59,859 bases of DNA, filler included, from 4 parts of 4 records of this genome joined end to end with filler, not necessarily neighbours in it; one strand, 5' to 3'; positions 29,725-42,472 are shown, counted from the first letter of the whole stretch. Notes: generated by a model from the sequence alone, not told the origin. Numbers and translations are program-made.

Positions 29725-30864
29725 TTAAGCGCGGTGTTGTTTAATCAGTTCGATAAAGTGGTCAAATAGCGGTGCTGCATCGTGCGGACCAGGGCTCGCT
29801 TCAGGGTGGCCCTGGAAGCTGAATGCTGGCTTGTCCGTACGGTGGATACCTTGCAAAGAACCATCAAATAGTGACTTGTGCGTTGCACGTAGGTTCTCAG
29901 GTAGTGTTGCTTCGTCCGCAGCAAAACCGTGGTTTTGAGATGTAATCATGACCACATCACGGTCAATATCTTTAACCGGATGGTTAGCACCGTGGTGACC
30001 AAACTTCATTTTCACCGTTTTAGCACCAGAAGCTAACGCTAAGATTTGGTGACCTAAACAGATACCGAAGATAGGTAAACCCTTCTCCAGAAACGTTTGA
30101 GTCGCTTCAATCGCGTAAGTACATGGTTCTGGGTCACCAGGGCCATTCGATAGGAACACGCCATCTGGATTCATTGCTAGAACTTCTTCTGCTGAAGTTT
30201 GCGCAGGAACCACTGTCAAGCGGCAACCACGGTCAACTAACATGCGTAAGATGTTGCGTTTCGCACCAAAATCGTAAGCCACAACGTGGAATGGTAGCTC
30301 ACTATCATCTTTAGGTTCAGGTAGACCGCCTTCCAGCGTCCACGAACCTTGTTTCCATTCATACGCTTCGTCAGTTGTTACAACTTTCGCTAAATCCATT
30401 CCCTTAAGACCAGGGAACTCTTTTGCTTTTGCTAACGCTAGAGCTTCGTCTAGGTTGTCACCAGCAATGATGCAGCCGTTCTGTGCACCTTTCTCACGTA
30501 AAATGCGCGTTAGTTTACGCGTATCGATATCAGCAATACCGACGATATTTTGTGATTTAAGGTAATCAGAAAGAGACTGTTCATTACGGAAGTTAGAAGC
30601 GATAAGAGGAAGATCGCGAATCACAAGGCCTTGTGCGTGGATCGAAGTAGATTCTTCGTCTTCGGTATTAGTACCGGTATTGCCAATGTGAGGATAAGTT
30701 AGTGTAACAATTTGCTGAGAATAGGAAGGATCAGTGAGGATTTCTTGGTACCCCGTCATCGAGGTATTAAAAACGACTTCACCGACGGATGAACCATCTG
30801 CCCCAATGGACATTCCGCGGAACACTGTCCCATCTTCTAGGACTAACAGTGCTGATTTACTCAA
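29725..30864 (-). CDS. carA: Carbamoyl-phosphate synthase small subunit
   Basis: [34 protein letters not shown] start with GGAGG RBS. Confidence 0.99.
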   Translation of the reverse strand: MSKSALLVLEDGTVFRGMSIGADGSSVGEVVFNTSMTGYQEILTDPSYSQQIVTLTYPHIGNTGTNTEDEESTSIHAQGLVIRDLPLIASNFRNEQSLSDYLKSQNIVGIADIDTRKLTRILREKGAQNGCIIAGDNLDEALALAKAKEFPGLKGMDLAKVVTTDEAYEWKQGSWTLEGGLPEPKDDSELPFHVVAYDFGAKRNILRMLVDRGCRLTVVPAQTSAEEVLAMNPDGVFLSNGPGDPEPCTYAIEATQTFLEKGLPIFGICLGHQILALASGAKTVKMKFGHHGANHPVKDIDRDVVMITSQNHGFAADEATLPENLRATHKSLFDGSLQGIHRTDKPAFSFQGHPEASPGPHDAAPLFDHFIELIKQHRA

Positions 30865-30872
30865 GACAACCT

Positions 30873-30911
30873 CCAGAATAAAAATGCATAAAATTTAAAT
30901 TAATTTGCATA
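30873..30911 (-). promoter_or_regulatory. Tandem ARG boxes (ArgR operator) upstream of carA
   Basis: Minus strand TATGCAAATTAATTTAAA, 3 nt, TATGCATTTTTATTCTGG: two 18-mers spaced by 3 bp, as at E. coli carA P2. Confidence 0.75.
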
Positions 30912-30956
30912 TTTGCCTTCCTGTTCGCGTGAAAATCATGCTCTAGGGTAATTTTG

Positions 30957-30998
30957 ACAAATTGGCGGTATTTTAGAGTTCGCTGTGACCTCTGTCAA
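30957..30998 (-). promoter_or_regulatory. carAB P1-like sigma70 promoter
   Basis: TTGACA-17-TAAAAT, GC-rich discriminator ACCGCC, then ATTTG, resembling the UTP-sensitive GTTTG start of E. coli P1. Confidence 0.75.
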
Positions 30999-31309
30999 TC
31001 TTAGCAAAGAAATTAAATTCAATTTTATTGCCTTAGAGTTAAAAAAACACGTTAACCCACCAAAAATGCATGTTTTAAGCATTTAAAAGTAATATTTATG
31101 AGCTCTAGATTTAAAAGTAGACAGAAATAATCATTTAACAAATGAAATTAGCGTAAAAAAATTAAGCAAACGTTAATATTATTTTTTAATTGTAGAAAAC
31201 AGGAAGGAATTAGACTTTTACACCTCAACAATACAAAAGAACGTAAAAAGTCATAAGAAGTGAACAATAGGAACAAGGAAAAGTTTTTAAACAAAAATAA
31301 CAAGAATGC

Positions 31310-31337
31310 TTATGCGCCAAGCAAGCTTGACGCATAA
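31310..31337 (-). terminator. Hairpin downstream of dapB
   Basis: TTATGCGcCAAGC...GCTTGaCGCATAA inverted repeat. Confidence 0.55.
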
Positions 31338-31345
31338 TTATGTAA

Positions 31346-32170
<825 letters not shown>

Positions 32171-32237
32171 TTACTCGTCACTGCTAAGTATTTATTCGTT
32201 TTACACCTTTTAAATTACCAACTATAGAGCGCTTTAG

Positions 32238-32636
32238 CTAGGAAAACTCTTTAATCACACGCTCTAAGATTGGAACGTTAGCTTCAGGGAATTGATAGTT
32301 TGCCAAATCGGCAATATTCACCCAAAGCCCTTGCTGGCCTTCTTTTCCATAAGGTTCATTATTGAAGTTACTGATAACGATAAAATCGAACTTCAGCGAT
32401 TTTTCTGGATAATCATATTCTAAATGTTCAAATAGCTGCTGCTCAGTCACTTCAATGCCTATTTCTTCTTCTAGTTCTCTAGCCATTGCTTCAGAAACAG
32501 ATTCACCTTCTTCAACTTTTCCACCTGGAAATTCCCAAAACCCGCCTTTATGCAGATTATCCGGACGCTTAGTAATGAAAATCTGCGACTTATCTTCATT
32601 AAAGATAATACCCGCCACAATATGAATTCGTTTCAT
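32238..32636 (-). CDS. mutT: 8-oxo-dGTP diphosphatase MutT
   Basis: Nudix box WEFPGGKVEEGE...RELEEEIG; downstream of secA; start MKRIHIVAG at 32636. Confidence 0.95.
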   Translation of the reverse strand: MKRIHIVAGIIFNEDKSQIFITKRPDNLHKGGFWEFPGGKVEEGESVSEAMARELEEEIGIEVTEQQLFEHLEYDYPEKSLKFDFIVISNFNNEPYGKEGQQGLWVNIADLANYQFPEANVPILERVIKEFS

Positions 32637-32689
32637 CTGACTTCCTTTTGTATTTCTTTCTCGAAAATAAAAACTTCGGAGAATCGAAT

Positions 32690-32790
32690 CAGTAAACGGG
32701 TATTGAACACAAACACGCATGAACCCATCCTTAGGGCTCCTATTTGCCATCCATGGCAAATAAGCTTTGCTTATCAATACCCGTCCACTG
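32690..32790. repeat. Palindromic intergenic element (REP/MITE-like)
   Basis: Arms CAGTAAACGGGTATTGA / TCAATACCCGTCCACTG with internal hairpin TATTTGCCAT-CC-ATGGCAAATA. Confidence 0.65.
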
Positions 32791-32821
32791 CCTATTAATT
32801 TATCATCGTTTATTTACTTAC

Positions 32822-32848
32822 AAAAAGAGCCGCCTAAGCGACTCTTTT
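32822..32848 (-). terminator. secA terminator (probably bidirectional)
   Basis: AAAAAGAGcCGC-ctaa-GCGaCTCTTTT. Confidence 0.75.
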
Positions 32849-32865
32849 CTATCTTTCTAATCAAT

Positions 32866-32989
32866 TTAAGTTCTTCTGAAGCTAAGCTGTAATCCTCGAG
32901 GGCAAGGAGAAGGCACGGAATTTACGCCAGTAAATGAGTACCGCCGACGCAGCCATCGTGCATTACAGCAACGATTCAAAGAATCTTAA
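32866..32989. repeat. Second palindromic MITE-like element, abutting the secA stop
   Basis: TTAAG-TTCTT..TGAA / TTCA.AAGAA.CTTAA ends, GCTGTAAT/ATTACAGC inner arms, central ATTTAC-gcca-GTAAAT. Confidence 0.6.
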
Positions 32990-35676
32990 GCGATTTTGCC
33001 GTGGCATTGCTTGTACTTCTTGCCTGAACCACATGGACATGGCTCATTACGGCCAACTTTGCGCTCTGCTGAAGCTTCACTATCAGTATCACTACCTTCG
33101 TGTTGAGCTTGAGCCATGCGTGCAGCTTGTTCAGCTTGAGCACGACGTTGAGCTTCCATCTTCTCAACTTCTTCTTGCTGCTGAACACGAACTTTAGAAA
33201 GAATCGCAATCACGTCACCTTTTAGTGACTCTAGTAATTCTTCAAACAGTTCAAATGACTCACGCTTGTACTCTTGTTTCGGGTTCTTCTGCGCATAACC
33301 ACGCAGGTGAATACCTTGACGAAGATGGTCCATTGCCGCTAGGTGTTCTTTCCATAGCGTATCAAGAGTCTGAAGCATCACTGACTTCTCAAAGTTACGC
33401 ATAACTTGAGCACCAACAACTTCTTCTTTCTCTTTATATACGGCTACTGATTGCTCAAGGATGCGCTCACGAAGTGCTTCTTCGTATAGCTTGTCATCTT
33501 CATCCAACCAAGATTGGATCGGTAGCTCAAGATCGAAGTCATGTTTCAAGCGATCTTCTAAACCAGAGATATCCCACATGTCATCCAGAGACTGTGGCTG
33601 GATGTATTGATCAATGATCGAAGTCATCACGTCTGCACGGTTCTGCTCAATCATTTCACTGATATCTTCAGATACCATGAGCTCATCACGCAACTCATAA
33701 ACAACACGACGTTGATCGTTGGCAACATCATCGTATTCAAGTAGCTGTTTACGAATGTCGAAGTTGCGACCTTCAACTTTACGTTGAGCTTTTTCAATTG
33801 AGCGTGAAAGCATCTTAGATTCGATCGCTTCGCCTTCTTCCATACCGCTCTGAATTAGGCTAGCCATGCGGTCAGAAGTAAAGATTCGAAGTAGTGTGTC
33901 TTCCATCGATAGATAGAAACGTGTAGAACCAGCGTCACCTTGACGACCAGAACGACCACGCAACTGGTTATCGATACGACGAGATTCGTGACGCTCTGTA
34001 CCAATAATATGCAGACCACCAGCCTCTAGCACTTTATCATGCAAGACACGCCATTCCGCTTTAATTGCATCAATCTGCTCTTGAGAAGGTTCATTCAACG
34101 CTTCAACTTGAGACTGCCAGCTACCACCAAGCACGATATCCGTACCACGACCAGCCATGTTAGTTGCGATGGTCACTGAACCCGGTTTACCCGCTTCAGC
34201 AACGATTTCCGCTTCTTTTTCATGGAACTTCGCGTTTAGTACGCTATGTTTAATTTTTGCTTTCTTAAGTGCGTTTGATAGCAATTCAGATTTTTCAATT
34301 GAAACGGTACCAACTAGAACTGGCTGGCCTTTCTCAACACATGCTTTGATGTCTTCGATAATAGCCGCGAATTTTTCAGCTTCAGTACGGTATACCATGT
34401 CAGGCATATCGTTACGAATCATAGGTTTGTTGGTTGGGATAACAACCGTTTCCAGACCATAAATAGATTGGAATTCGAATGCTTCGGTATCTGCAGTACC
34501 TGTCATACCTGACAGTTTTTCATATAGACGGAAGTAGTTCTGGAAGGTAATTGAAGCCAGAGTTTGGTTTTCATTCTGGATCTTAACGCCTTCTTTCGCT
34601 TCAACAGCCTGATGTAAACCATCTGACCAACGACGACCTGGCATGGTACGGCCTGTGTGTTCATCAACGATGACGACTTCGCCTTCATCATTAACGATAT
34701 AATCAACGTTCTTTTCAAACAGTACGTGTGCGCGCAATGCTGCATTAACATGGTGTAGCAAGCTGATATTCGCCGGTGAATATAGAGTATCACCTTCTTC
34801 CATCAGACCGTTCTTAACTAACAACTCTTCAACGTATTCTTGACCAGTCTCTGTTAGGTAAACTTGCTTAGATTTCTCATCCACTGTGTAGTGACCATCA
34901 CCACGATACTCTTCTGAGTCTTCTTGATCTTGAATTTTTAGCGATGGAATAAGAGTATTGATTCGCGTATACAGTTCAGAACTGTCTTCTGCAGGACCTG
35001 AGATAATAAGCGGAGTACGAGCTTCATCGATAAGAATCGAGTCCACTTCGTCGACTACAGCAAAGAAGCGCTCACGTTGAACTCGGTCTTCTGGGCGGAA
35101 TGCCATGTTGTCACGTAGATAGTCGAAACCAAACTCGTTGTTTGTTCCGTAAAGAATATCCGCTTGATATGCTTCTTTTTTCGCTGGAGGCGACATATTT
35201 GGCACGTTAACGCCAACTGTCAAACCAAGGAATTCAAATAGAGGGCGGTTTGTTTCCGCATCACGTTTAGCCAAGTAGTCGTTCACTGTAACAATGTGAA
35301 CGCCTTTAGCGGGTAGAGCATTTAGATAGGCAGGAAGCGTTGCGGTAAGAGTTTTACCTTCACCAGTACGCATTTCCGCAATTTGGTTAGCGTTAAGAAC
35401 CATACCACCGATAAGCTGCACGTCGAAATGACGCATACCAAACACACGTTTAGATGCTTCACGAACAGTGGCGAATGCTTCAGGTAGTAATTGTTCTAGA
35501 TTTTCGCCTTGCTCAAGACGTTGACGAAATTCAACCGTTTTTGCCTTTAACTCTTCATCAGAAAGTGCTTCGAATGCCGGCTCATAATTATTAATTTCTT
35601 TTACTATTTTTCTTAAACGGCGCAGTGTTCGGTCATTTCGACTGCCGACCACTTTTGTCAGTAGCTTAGTTATCAT
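32986..35676 (-). CDS. secA: Preprotein translocase ATPase SecA
   Basis: [21 protein letters not shown]-terminal [13 protein letters not shown]. Confidence 0.99.
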   Translation of the reverse strand: MITKLLTKVVGSRNDRTLRRLRKIVKEINNYEPAFEALSDEELKAKTVEFRQRLEQGENLEQLLPEAFATVREASKRVFGMRHFDVQLIGGMVLNANQIAEMRTGEGKTLTATLPAYLNALPAKGVHIVTVNDYLAKRDAETNRPLFEFLGLTVGVNVPNMSPPAKKEAYQADILYGTNNEFGFDYLRDNMAFRPEDRVQRERFFAVVDEVDSILIDEARTPLIISGPAEDSSELYTRINTLIPSLKIQDQEDSEEYRGDGHYTVDEKSKQVYLTETGQEYVEELLVKNGLMEEGDTLYSPANISLLHHVNAALRAHVLFEKNVDYIVNDEGEVVIVDEHTGRTMPGRRWSDGLHQAVEAKEGVKIQNENQTLASITFQNYFRLYEKLSGMTGTADTEAFEFQSIYGLETVVIPTNKPMIRNDMPDMVYRTEAEKFAAIIEDIKACVEKGQPVLVGTVSIEKSELLSNALKKAKIKHSVLNAKFHEKEAEIVAEAGKPGSVTIATNMAGRGTDIVLGGSWQSQVEALNEPSQEQIDAIKAEWRVLHDKVLEAGGLHIIGTERHESRRIDNQLRGRSGRQGDAGSTRFYLSMEDTLLRIFTSDRMASLIQSGMEEGEAIESKMLSRSIEKAQRKVEGRNFDIRKQLLEYDDVANDQRRVVYELRDELMVSEDISEMIEQNRADVMTSIIDQYIQPQSLDDMWDISGLEDRLKHDFDLELPIQSWLDEDDKLYEEALRERILEQSVAVYKEKEEVVGAQVMRNFEKSVMLQTLDTLWKEHLAAMDHLRQGIHLRGYAQKNPKQEYKRESFELFEELLESLKGDVIAILSKVRVQQQEEVEKMEAQRRAQAEQAARMAQAQHEGSDTDSEASAERKVGRNEPCPCGSGKKYKQCHGKIA

Positions 35677-36019
35677 TTGTTGTGAATCTCTCTTTGCTTA
35701 GATCGTCCGCGATCTCTTAATGCCTTCAGTCTCTACCTGTTTTCAACTAAGGATACTGAGATAAATCATGTATCTCTTGATATTGTGATGATAGCTAGTA
35801 GTTTCAAGGCTCAAAATCCATTAAGTGGCGCATAGTTTAAGTAATTTTTCGCCCAACAACCAATAACATTGGAAGTTGTTTGCTCTTAGCTTTGTATTTT
35901 GTGCACTAAGCCCAATGTTTTAAAGCTTTTCTGACAATATTACGCGTCAGCCACTCTCCCATTCCCGTGGTTGGAAAATCGTTATAGAATAAACGTGAAC
36001 CAGATAAAAGGAGCGCAGA

Positions 36020-36478
36020 ATGCGTGATCATCGCCCTACAGATGCTAGCGAACTGATAGAAACATCTCGGTTGAGTAAAATACAACAGCATGCGCAAGAG
36101 ATCATTGAGATCAACCTTATATTGCAAACACTTCTACCCAAGGGGATTCAGCCCCATGTACGAGCTGCTAACCTTCGCGGTGGTAACTTAGTGCTAGAAG
36201 CAGCAAGCGGTTCAATCAAGATGAAAGTGGATTACGATCGACTCAACATACTCAATCAACTGAGAAATAAAGGTTTTGGCAAGCTGATCAGTATCGAGAT
36301 TAAGATCAATCCTGGGATCTATCGCACCAAAACAGGCGATCGACCGGATCAAAAAGAGGCAACTCCTCGCCCCCCACTGTCAGAAAATGCCGCATCGGCT
36401 CTGCTGATGGTTGCGCAGAATGCTAATCCAAAAGTTAAGAAGCGCTTAGAAAATATCGCTAAACTCGCCAAAAAATGA
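36020..36478 (+). CDS. dciA: DUF721/DciA-family protein
   Basis: MRDHRP...RAANLRGGNLVLEAAS; conserved position between secA and lpxC. Confidence 0.8.
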   Translation: MRDHRPTDASELIETSRLSKIQQHAQEIIEINLILQTLLPKGIQPHVRAANLRGGNLVLEAASGSIKMKVDYDRLNILNQLRNKGFGKLISIEIKINPGIYRTKTGDRPDQKEATPRPPLSENAASALLMVAQNANPKVKKRLENIAKLAKK

Positions 36479-36481
36479 CAT

Positions 36482-36510
36482 AAAAAAAGCCAGACTGAGT
36501 CTGGCTTTTT
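36482..36510. terminator. Bidirectional terminator between dciA and lpxC
   Basis: AAAAAAAGCCAGAC-tga-GTCTGGCTTTTT. Confidence 0.9.
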
Positions 36511-36527
36511 AAATTCTTCGAATGGTA

Positions 36528-37445
36528 TTACGCAAGAACCATGTTTGGATCTGCAAACGCTACTGGTGAACCGGCTTCCTCTTCGAAAGTCGCCCACTCC
36601 CAAGCTTCTTGGTCAGCAAGCACTGCGCGAAGAAGTTGGTTATTCAAACCATGACCTGATTTGTACGCGCTAAACTCACCCACAATCGCATGACCACACA
36701 TGTATAGGTCACCAATTGCATCAAGAACTTTGTGAGTTACAAATTCATTCGCAAAACGTAAGCCTTCTTCGTTAAGAATGCGGTAATCATCCAAAACGAT
36801 AGCACAGTCAAAGCTGCCACCTAGACATAGGTTTTGTGATTGCAAGTATTCGATATCACGCATGAAACCGAAAGTACGTGCACGAGAAATCTCTTTAATG
36901 AAACCTTGAGTCGAGAAATCAAACACTAAGTGCTGATCATCACCATCAATTGCCGGGTGGTCGAACTCAATTTGGAAATCCATCTTGAAGCCGTTATGTG
37001 GACGCATTTCTGCCCACTTATCGCCATCTTCAAAACGAACAGGTTTCTTAATGCGAATAAAGCGCTTAGGTGTATTTTGAACTTCAACGCCCGCTTGTTG
37101 TAACAAGTAAACAAACGGACTTGCACTACCATCCATAATAGGGATTTCAGGTGCATCAACTTCAATAATCACGTTATCGATACCCATACCAGCTAGAGCA
37201 GCACTTAAGTGCTCAACTGTTGAGATACGAACGCCTTCGTCATTAACTAATGCAGTACATAACATAGTGTCACGTACTGATTCTGGGTCAGCTGGAAAAT
37301 CAACCGGTGGATTTACGTCAGTGCGACGATAAATAATACCTGTGTTTGCAGCGGCTGGGCGAAGAGTAAGTGTGACTTTACGACCAGAGTGGAGACCCAC
37401 ACCAGTTGTTTTCACTATCTCTTTCAGAGTACGTTGTCTGATCAT
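36528..37445 (-). CDS. lpxC: UDP-3-O-acyl-GlcNAc deacetylase
   Basis: [23 protein letters not shown]. Confidence 0.99.
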   Translation of the reverse strand: MIRQRTLKEIVKTTGVGLHSGRKVTLTLRPAAANTGIIYRRTDVNPPVDFPADPESVRDTMLCTALVNDEGVRISTVEHLSAALAGMGIDNVIIEVDAPEIPIMDGSASPFVYLLQQAGVEVQNTPKRFIRIKKPVRFEDGDKWAEMRPHNGFKMDFQIEFDHPAIDGDDQHLVFDFSTQGFIKEISRARTFGFMRDIEYLQSQNLCLGGSFDCAIVLDDYRILNEEGLRFANEFVTHKVLDAIGDLYMCGHAIVGEFSAYKSGHGLNNQLLRAVLADQEAWEWATFEEEAGSPVAFADPNMVLA

Positions 37446-37500
37446 CTGCTTGCCTCTAAATCAATGCCACAAAGCTCGGTCGGTAACTTTACCGACCGAC

Positions 37501-37528
37501 ATATTACCAAAATATTGAACACTGTCAA
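37501..37528 (-). promoter_or_regulatory. Putative lpxC promoter
   Basis: TTGACA-16-TAATAT with TG upstream of the -10. Confidence 0.55.
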
Positions 37529-37542
37529 ATTGTGGCGGTATT

Positions 37543-38766
37543 TTAATCAGCCTGACGACGTAAAAAAGCAGGTATATCCAAGTATCCACTCTCTTTCTCT
37601 GGCTTAGGCGCAGCACTTTGGCTTTGGCTCGCCGATGCAGGAGAACTTGACGTCTGTGAAGGCTGTACTTTCACTTCTGTTTTCTCTTGCAAAGGTTGTG
37701 CCGGTTTTTCTTCCACTTTTGCCGCTGCTGCTGGAGCAGGGGTTTGTGGTTGAGAAACTGCTGCAACTTTCGCTTTACCGCCTGCCACTAGAGTAATATC
37801 TGGTTTTCTCTCGTTACCGATACCTGTAGCAACAACCGTTACGCGAATCTCTTCAGCCATGTCTGGGTCAAGTGATGTACCGATAACCACGGTAGCATTG
37901 TCAGAAGCAAACGCTTTAACAGTGTTACCAACGGTTTCGAACTCATCTAATCGCATGTCCAGACCAGCAGTGATGTTAACCAGTACGCCACGAGCGCCAG
38001 CAAGATCGATATCCTCAAGAAGAGGGCTAGAAATTGCCATTTCAGCAGCTTCTTCGGCGCGGTCTTCACCTTTAGCGATACCACTGCCCATCATAGCGTG
38101 ACCCATTTCGGACATTACTGTTCGTACGTCCGCAAAGTCGACGTTAATCATACCAGGGCGAGTAATAAGCTCTGCGATACCTTGTACTGCATTTTTTAGT
38201 ACGTCATTCGCGCTAGCAAATGCTTCAAGTAATGTGATTCCACGACCCAATACTTTCAACAATTTCTCATTTGGAATAGTGATTAAAGAGTCGACATGTT
38301 TAGAAAGCTCTTCAATTCCCTGTTCTGCAAATGCAAGGCGTTTTTTACCTTCAAAGCTAAAGGGCTTAGTGACTACAGCAACCGTTAGGATACCGAGTTC
38401 TTTTGCCACTTCAGCAATAACAGGTGCAGCACCAGTACCGGTACCGCCGCCCATACCAGCTGCGATAAATACCATATCGGCACCAGCTAGTAATTCTTTA
38501 ATTCTATCTTTATCTTCGAGAGCTGCATCACGTCCAACTTGCGGATTCGCGCCTGCACCCAAACCTTTAGTGATATCACCACCGATTTGAATAACGCTGC
38601 TTACGCTGGTTTTGCGTAGTGCTTGTGCATCTGTGTTGATACTGATGAATTCCACGCCTTCGATGGACTCACGCACCATATGTTCTACGGCGTTACCACC
38701 GCCGCCACCAACTCCAACAACTTTAATTACCGCGTCGTCAGACATTTCCATCATCGGTTCAAACAT
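37543..38766 (-). CDS. ftsZ: Cell division protein FtsZ
   Basis: GGGTGTG motif; C-terminal [12 protein letters not shown]. Confidence 0.99.
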   Translation of the reverse strand: MFEPMMEMSDDAVIKVVGVGGGGGNAVEHMVRESIEGVEFISINTDAQALRKTSVSSVIQIGGDITKGLGAGANPQVGRDAALEDKDRIKELLAGADMVFIAAGMGGGTGTGAAPVIAEVAKELGILTVAVVTKPFSFEGKKRLAFAEQGIEELSKHVDSLITIPNEKLLKVLGRGITLLEAFASANDVLKNAVQGIAELITRPGMINVDFADVRTVMSEMGHAMMGSGIAKGEDRAEEAAEMAISSPLLEDIDLAGARGVLVNITAGLDMRLDEFETVGNTVKAFASDNATVVIGTSLDPDMAEEIRVTVVATGIGNERKPDITLVAGGKAKVAAVSQPQTPAPAAAAKVEEKPAQPLQEKTEVKVQPSQTSSSPASASQSQSAAPKPEKESGYLDIPAFLRRQAD

Positions 38767-38796
38767 GTGTTATCTCCGTTTTTCCTGCAACTCAGG

Positions 38797-40011
38797 TTAA
38801 AACTCTTTTTGTATCCAATTACGCAAACGACCAAATACACTAGACACTGACTGGCGCTTAGGCTCTTGATACTCAATGTCGTCATTAATTTGACTGTCTT
38901 TTGCGTAATGAAGTAAACCAACTGCCGTAGAATGATACGGCTCTTTAACGTAATCAGTAAGCCCACTCACTTCAAGTGGCTTACCTACCCTAACTTGATT
39001 GCGGAATACGCGCTCTGCACATTCCACTAAACCTTCAATTTGCGCGGCACCACCCGTTAAAACCACACCTGCGGCTAAATGGTGTTTGATGCCTTCTTCG
39101 CGCAACGTTTCTTGCACGCTATCTATCGTCTGGTTAACTAAGCCCATTAACTCAGTGTAGCGAGGCTCAATCACTTCCGACAAGGTTTGACGTTGTAAAC
39201 TGCGTGATGGTCTTCCACCTACACTTGGTACATTCACCGTGTCATCTTTACTGACTAGCTCGCTCAGCGCGCAACCGTATTTAACCTTGATTTCTTCAGC
39301 GTCGTTGACTGGCGTACCAAATGCGAACGCGATATCACTGGTTACGGCGTTACCCGCATAAGAGAAGACTTCGGTATGTCTTAGAGCTCCACCGGTCCAA
39401 ATAGCGACATCCATCGTACCTGCACCAATATCAATAACACACACACCAAGCTCTCGCTCGTCTTCAGTAATGACAGCATTACTTGCTGCTAATCCTGAAT
39501 ACACTAACTGCTCAACCGTCAAACCGCAACGTTGAACCGCTTTAATAATATTTCTAGCCATATCACTATGGCAAGTAATCAGATGTACGCTTACTTCCAT
39601 GCGAACCCCTGATAATCCTAGCGGATTTTTTATACCTTCTTGATAATCAATCGTAAATTCTTGAGGAATAACATGTAATATCCGCAGTTCTTCACTCATT
39701 TTTATCGATTTTGCGGTATGGATGGCACGATCCATATCATCTTGGGATACTTCCCCTTCAGAAATGGACAAAAATACGTTACTAATTTTGCACTCTGCCA
39801 TCATTTCAGCTTGGTCTATTGCCCGCTGAACCGATTTCACCACCGATTCAAGATCATTCACACCGCCTTTGTCCATCCCTCGAGATGGGCTAGTACCAGC
39901 ACCAATGATATTGATTTGACCGTCAGGGAGCAGCTCCCCTACTAGCGCTGAAACAGAAGCAGTACCTATATCAAGACCAACAATTAATTTGTCATCTGAA
40001 GTCTTAGTCAT
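38797..40011 (-). CDS. ftsA: Cell division protein FtsA (apparent internal in-frame deletion)
   Basis: GLDIGT, DIGAGT, LTGGAAQI, C-terminal WIQKEF; 404 aa. Confidence 0.97.
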   Translation of the reverse strand: MTKTSDDKLIVGLDIGTASVSALVGELLPDGQINIIGAGTSPSRGMDKGGVNDLESVVKSVQRAIDQAEMMAECKISNVFLSISEGEVSQDDMDRAIHTAKSIKMSEELRILHVIPQEFTIDYQEGIKNPLGLSGVRMEVSVHLITCHSDMARNIIKAVQRCGLTVEQLVYSGLAASNAVITEDERELGVCVIDIGAGTMDVAIWTGGALRHTEVFSYAGNAVTSDIAFAFGTPVNDAEEIKVKYGCALSELVSKDDTVNVPSVGGRPSRSLQRQTLSEVIEPRYTELMGLVNQTIDSVQETLREEGIKHHLAAGVVLTGGAAQIEGLVECAERVFRNQVRVGKPLEVSGLTDYVKEPYHSTAVGLLHYAKDSQINDDIEYQEPKRQSVSSVFGRLRNWIQKEF

Positions 40012-40786
40012 CTATGTTCTCTTGCGCTAATTCTTGATCAGGGAACCAACCTACGGCTGCACCTGTATCATATCTGAGGTCGATGTAACTTACTCGTTCA
40101 GCATCATTGCCTAATTGGTTATAGAGTAAAAAAAATCGGCTAATTCTTTCTTCTAACGACTCTTTACCCAATTCCAAGCGAATTCCATTATCTAAAATAA
40201 TCTGCCAAGCTCTACGCTCATTCAGTACCAAAGAGGATATATTCAATCCTATTTGCTGAAATTCAGGGCTGTATTCATTCCACACATTTAAAACTTGAGG
40301 GGCAGTGCCTTCCGGTCCATACAGTTTTACATGTTCTTCATTAACCTGAGCAATATCACCGTTAAAAACAACACCCTTATCATCTAACAGAGCATTGCCA
40401 TTCCAGATTGCTGCAACCTGATACTCGGTCAAAAATACTTTGATCGTATCAGGCCATTGTTTACGGATGGAAGCATGAGATACCCAAGGAATCGACTGCG
40501 CGCTAGATTGGAGTTCATTTATATCTTGCGACATAAAAGTACCAATGTGTTTTAACTGGCCAAATGCTTTTTGAACATCAAACGCAGAAACGTACTGTAG
40601 ATTTCCTTGTAAAACTATCTTTGAGAGCGGAAGCCTCTCTTCATCCCACATCCAACTGATCGTTGAATACAACAAAACCCCAACCAACAACACCACCACA
40701 AGTAGAAAGCTGCCACCTGCGGCATGCTCTTTTACTAACGGTGAACGGGACATAATACGGCCTTGAGATAAACGACTACTAATCAA
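40004..40786 (-). CDS. ftsQ: Cell division protein FtsQ
   Basis: TM helix, POTRA domain (IRKQWPD), YIDLRYDTGAAVGW. Confidence 0.96.
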   Translation of the reverse strand: MISSRLSQGRIMSRSPLVKEHAAGGSFLLVVVLLVGVLLYSTISWMWDEERLPLSKIVLQGNLQYVSAFDVQKAFGQLKHIGTFMSQDINELQSSAQSIPWVSHASIRKQWPDTIKVFLTEYQVAAIWNGNALLDDKGVVFNGDIAQVNEEHVKLYGPEGTAPQVLNVWNEYSPEFQQIGLNISSLVLNERRAWQIILDNGIRLELGKESLEERISRFFLLYNQLGNDAERVSYIDLRYDTGAAVGWFPDQELAQENIDD

Positions 40787-41001
40787 AGTCCGCTGTTCCT
40801 GTTGACGATTGGCAATTTAATTCCCTATTTCAATGCACAATAGAGGCAAAAGCAATAACTTTAGCATAGATATGTTGCCATTTTTAAGACAACACAACCT
40901 ACGGATTATACTGAGGAGACTGAAAGTATCAAATATTCAAATAGAGAAATATCGCAGTATTACCACCAAAATCACGAATGTTACACCTATAAGCAACAAA
41001 T

Positions 41002-42462
41002 TTAATATTTCTGCATCTTTTCAATGTTCAATTGCAAAGCTTCTAAGTGTTTGGCTACTTTGCCTATGTCACCAGCGCCTTGCGTCAGAACTAAGTCACC
41101 ATCTTGCAATACGTTAGCTAGTACTGACGGCAATGTGTCACTTTCAGGAACAAAAATAGGATCGACCTTACCTCGACTGCGGATGGTTCTACACAATGAG
41201 CGCCCATCCGCACCGGCAATCGGTTTCTCTCCTGCCGAATACACATCCAACATAATCAAAACATCCACTTGTTCTAAAACATTGGCGAAATCATCATAAA
41301 GATCACGAGTACGTGTATAACGGTGAGGCTGGAAAATCATAACCAAGCGTTTATCAGCCCAACCACTGCGAGCTGCTTGAATTGTGACATCAACTTCAGT
41401 CGGGTGATGGCCGTAGTCATCGACTAACATGGCGACACCATTACCCGTTTCAAATTCACCTAAATGATCAAAACGACGACCTGTACCTTGAGTACTGATC
41501 AGTGCTTTAAGGATGGCTTCATCACTTATGTCATCTTCCGTAGCAACCGCTATCGCTGCGGAAGCATTCAACGCATTATGACGACCTGGGATATTCAAGG
41601 TAATATCGAGATTGTCTTTACCTTTACGCACAACGGTAAACTTACCCTGCTGTCCTTCTTGACGATAGTTCTCAATGCGCACATCGGCATCATCAGAAAA
41701 ACCATAAGTAATCACCTGACGGCTAATACGAGGAATAATTTCGCGAACAACCGGATCATCCACACACATAATTGCCTGACCGTAAAATGGCAGATTGTGT
41801 AGGAAATCGACAAAGGTTTGCTTTAGAGTCTCAAAATCACCGCCATAGGTATCCATATGGTCAGCTTCGATATTGGTCACAATGGTAGCCATCGGTTGCA
41901 GGTGTAGGAATGAAGCATCACTCTCATCCGCTTCAGCAATTAACACTCGACTTGAGCCTAAACGGGCATTGGTACCTACACTTTTCACTAAACCGCCATT
42001 AACGAAAGTCGGATCCATGCCGGCTTCTGAATATATTTGGGTAACCAGTGCGGTAGTGGTAGTTTTACCATGAGTACCTGCCACTGCAATCCCGTGACGG
42101 AAACGCATCAGCTCAGCTAACATTTCGGCGCGACGAACAATCGGAATACGTTTTTCACGAGCCGCCTGAATTTCTGGGTTTTGTTCATTAATGGCAGTAG
42201 AAACAACAACAACACTCGCCTGCTCTACATTCGATGCTTGGTGACCGATAAATACGGTTGCACCTTTGCTTTCTAGTCGTTCTGTAACCGCATTGTTCGC
42301 TAAATCAGAACCTGTGATTTGGTAACCTTCATTAAGTAACACTTCTGCTATCCCACTCATACCGGCACCACCAATGCCGATAAAGTGAATGCATTTAACT
42401 CGGCGCATTTCAGGCACCATCGCTCGGATTTGAGCTAAATCTTGAGTATGTTTAATCTTCAT
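41002..42462 (-). CDS. murC: UDP-N-acetylmuramate-L-alanine ligase
   Basis: [27 protein letters not shown]. Confidence 0.98.
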   Translation of the reverse strand: MKIKHTQDLAQIRAMVPEMRRVKCIHFIGIGGAGMSGIAEVLLNEGYQITGSDLANNAVTERLESKGATVFIGHQASNVEQASVVVVSTAINEQNPEIQAAREKRIPIVRRAEMLAELMRFRHGIAVAGTHGKTTTTALVTQIYSEAGMDPTFVNGGLVKSVGTNARLGSSRVLIAEADESDASFLHLQPMATIVTNIEADHMDTYGGDFETLKQTFVDFLHNLPFYGQAIMCVDDPVVREIIPRISRQVITYGFSDDADVRIENYRQEGQQGKFTVVRKGKDNLDITLNIPGRHNALNASAAIAVATEDDISDEAILKALISTQGTGRRFDHLGEFETGNGVAMLVDDYGHHPTEVDVTIQAARSGWADKRLVMIFQPHRYTRTRDLYDDFANVLEQVDVLIMLDVYSAGEKPIAGADGRSLCRTIRSRGKVDPIFVPESDTLPSVLANVLQDGDLVLTQGAGDIGKVAKHLEALQLNIEKMQKY

Positions 42463-42472
42463 GAATGGGTTC

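Noticed and set aside
31164-31179. PurR-box-like AAGCAAACGTTAATAT upstream of carA
   Set aside because: Only the left half matches the consensus, in very AT-rich DNA; plausible but not supportable.
33040-33110. Short SecA C-terminal linker before the zinc-binding motif
   Set aside because: This linker varies naturally in length; a deletion cannot be supported by eye.
40787-41001. No ddlB between murC and ftsQ; also no mraZ before rsmH and no secM before secA
   Set aside because: To my knowledge this is the usual Vibrio arrangement, not a novelty.
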